Assembly (NCBI GenBank): GCA_963707985.1
Contig: CAVPRW010000045.1
Location: forward strand, 96,001 to 160,000
Length of the DNA stretch: 64,000 nucleotides
Source: an uncultured Nitrospinota bacterium
GTDB taxonomy: Bacteria; Tectomicrobia; Entotheonellia; J063; CAVPRW01
Reading direction: 5' to 3'
Each line of letters starts with the position of its first letter. Positions within the stretch are counted from its first letter, which is position 1. Shown here one piece after another: positions 63,568 to 64,000 of this stretch. The notes below the pieces were generated by a model, which was not told the DNA's origin, did no database searches, and saw only the letters and a list, made by a program, of their open reading frames with translations. The translations under genes were made by a program, and so were the position numbers.

Positions 63568-64000
63568 ATGACGTCTGCACTTGATGGCGTGATGGTGTTG
63601 GACCTTTCTCGGGTCCTGGCTGGCCCATTCTGTAGCATGATGTTGGCTGACATGGGGGCCGATGTCCTCAAGATCGAGGAGCCGGAAGGGGGCGACGAAT
63701 CCCGCACCTGGCCGCCTTTCGTCGCGGGAGAAGCATCGGGCTATTTAAGCATGAACCGCAATAAACGCAATATGACGTTGAATCTGAAAACCCCGGAGGC
63801 TCAGGACATCCTCAAGCAGTTGGTCGGACGTGCGGATGTCCTTGTCGAGAACTTTCGCACCGGCACAATGGAATCCTTTGGGCTCGGATACGAGGTCTTA
63901 CAGCCGATTAACCCACGACTCATCTATTGCGCGGTGTCGGTCTTCGGACGCTCGGGTCCATACAAGGACAAGGCGGGATATGAAGCGCTGATGCAGGCCT
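63568..64000 (+). CDS. CaiB/BaiF CoA transferase (runs off the window end)
   Basis: MTSALDGVMVLDLSRVLAGPFCSMMLADMGADVLKIE..NRNKR..ENFRTG. Confidence 0.93.
   Translation, partial: MTSALDGVMVLDLSRVLAGPFCSMMLADMGADVLKIEEPEGGDESRTWPPFVAGEASGYLSMNRNKRNMTLNLKTPEAQDILKQLVGRADVLVENFRTGTMESFGLGYEVLQPINPRLIYCAVSVFGRSGPYKDKAGYEALMQA

Noticed and set aside
1..64000. CRISPR arrays, tRNA, rRNA
   Set aside because: No regularly spaced direct repeats or cloverleaf/rRNA signatures were noticed by eye. tRNAscan, Infernal and CRISPR finders were not run.

Overview
High-GC bacterial window. Its gene repertoire (multiple CaiB CoA transferases, LLM, Uma2, NIPSNAP, TPR scraps, very high IS load) suggests a Tectomicrobia/Entotheonella-like large genome; this is inference only. 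There are four zones. (1) 1-4.2 kb: an IS-split IS1634 tail, then a low-GC GT-C/TPR glycosyltransferase-pilD pair. (2) 4.2-23.7 kb: an almost continuous stack of about 15 nested IS elements plus a group II intron remnant. Many TIRs and target duplications can be resolved by eye, and the transposase ORFs show strikingly one-sided A:T->C:G transversion decay. (3) 23.8-47 kb: metabolic and resistance genes, including an ars operon with two hidden sub-60-aa gene stubs and a chrA pair. It also holds a 10.7-kb nine-gene minus-strand operon: two SBP-OmpA fusions, a VWA protein, a 2-TM coiled coil, a PspA/ESCRT-III-like protein, a TauABC/SsuABC-type ABC transporter and a classical-clade AAA+ ATPase. 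This operon is the best candidate for an uncharacterised system. (4) 47-64 kb: two candidate small RNAs, a decayed defence island (REase-HEAT, patatin, MBL hydrolase split by a 197-bp MITE), a patchwork of gene scraps and housekeeping oxidoreductases. The frameshifts inspected in otherwise intact genes are all single-base insertions and are probably sequencing errors. No rRNA, tRNA or CRISPR array was seen. All family assignments are by motif recognition, not database search.
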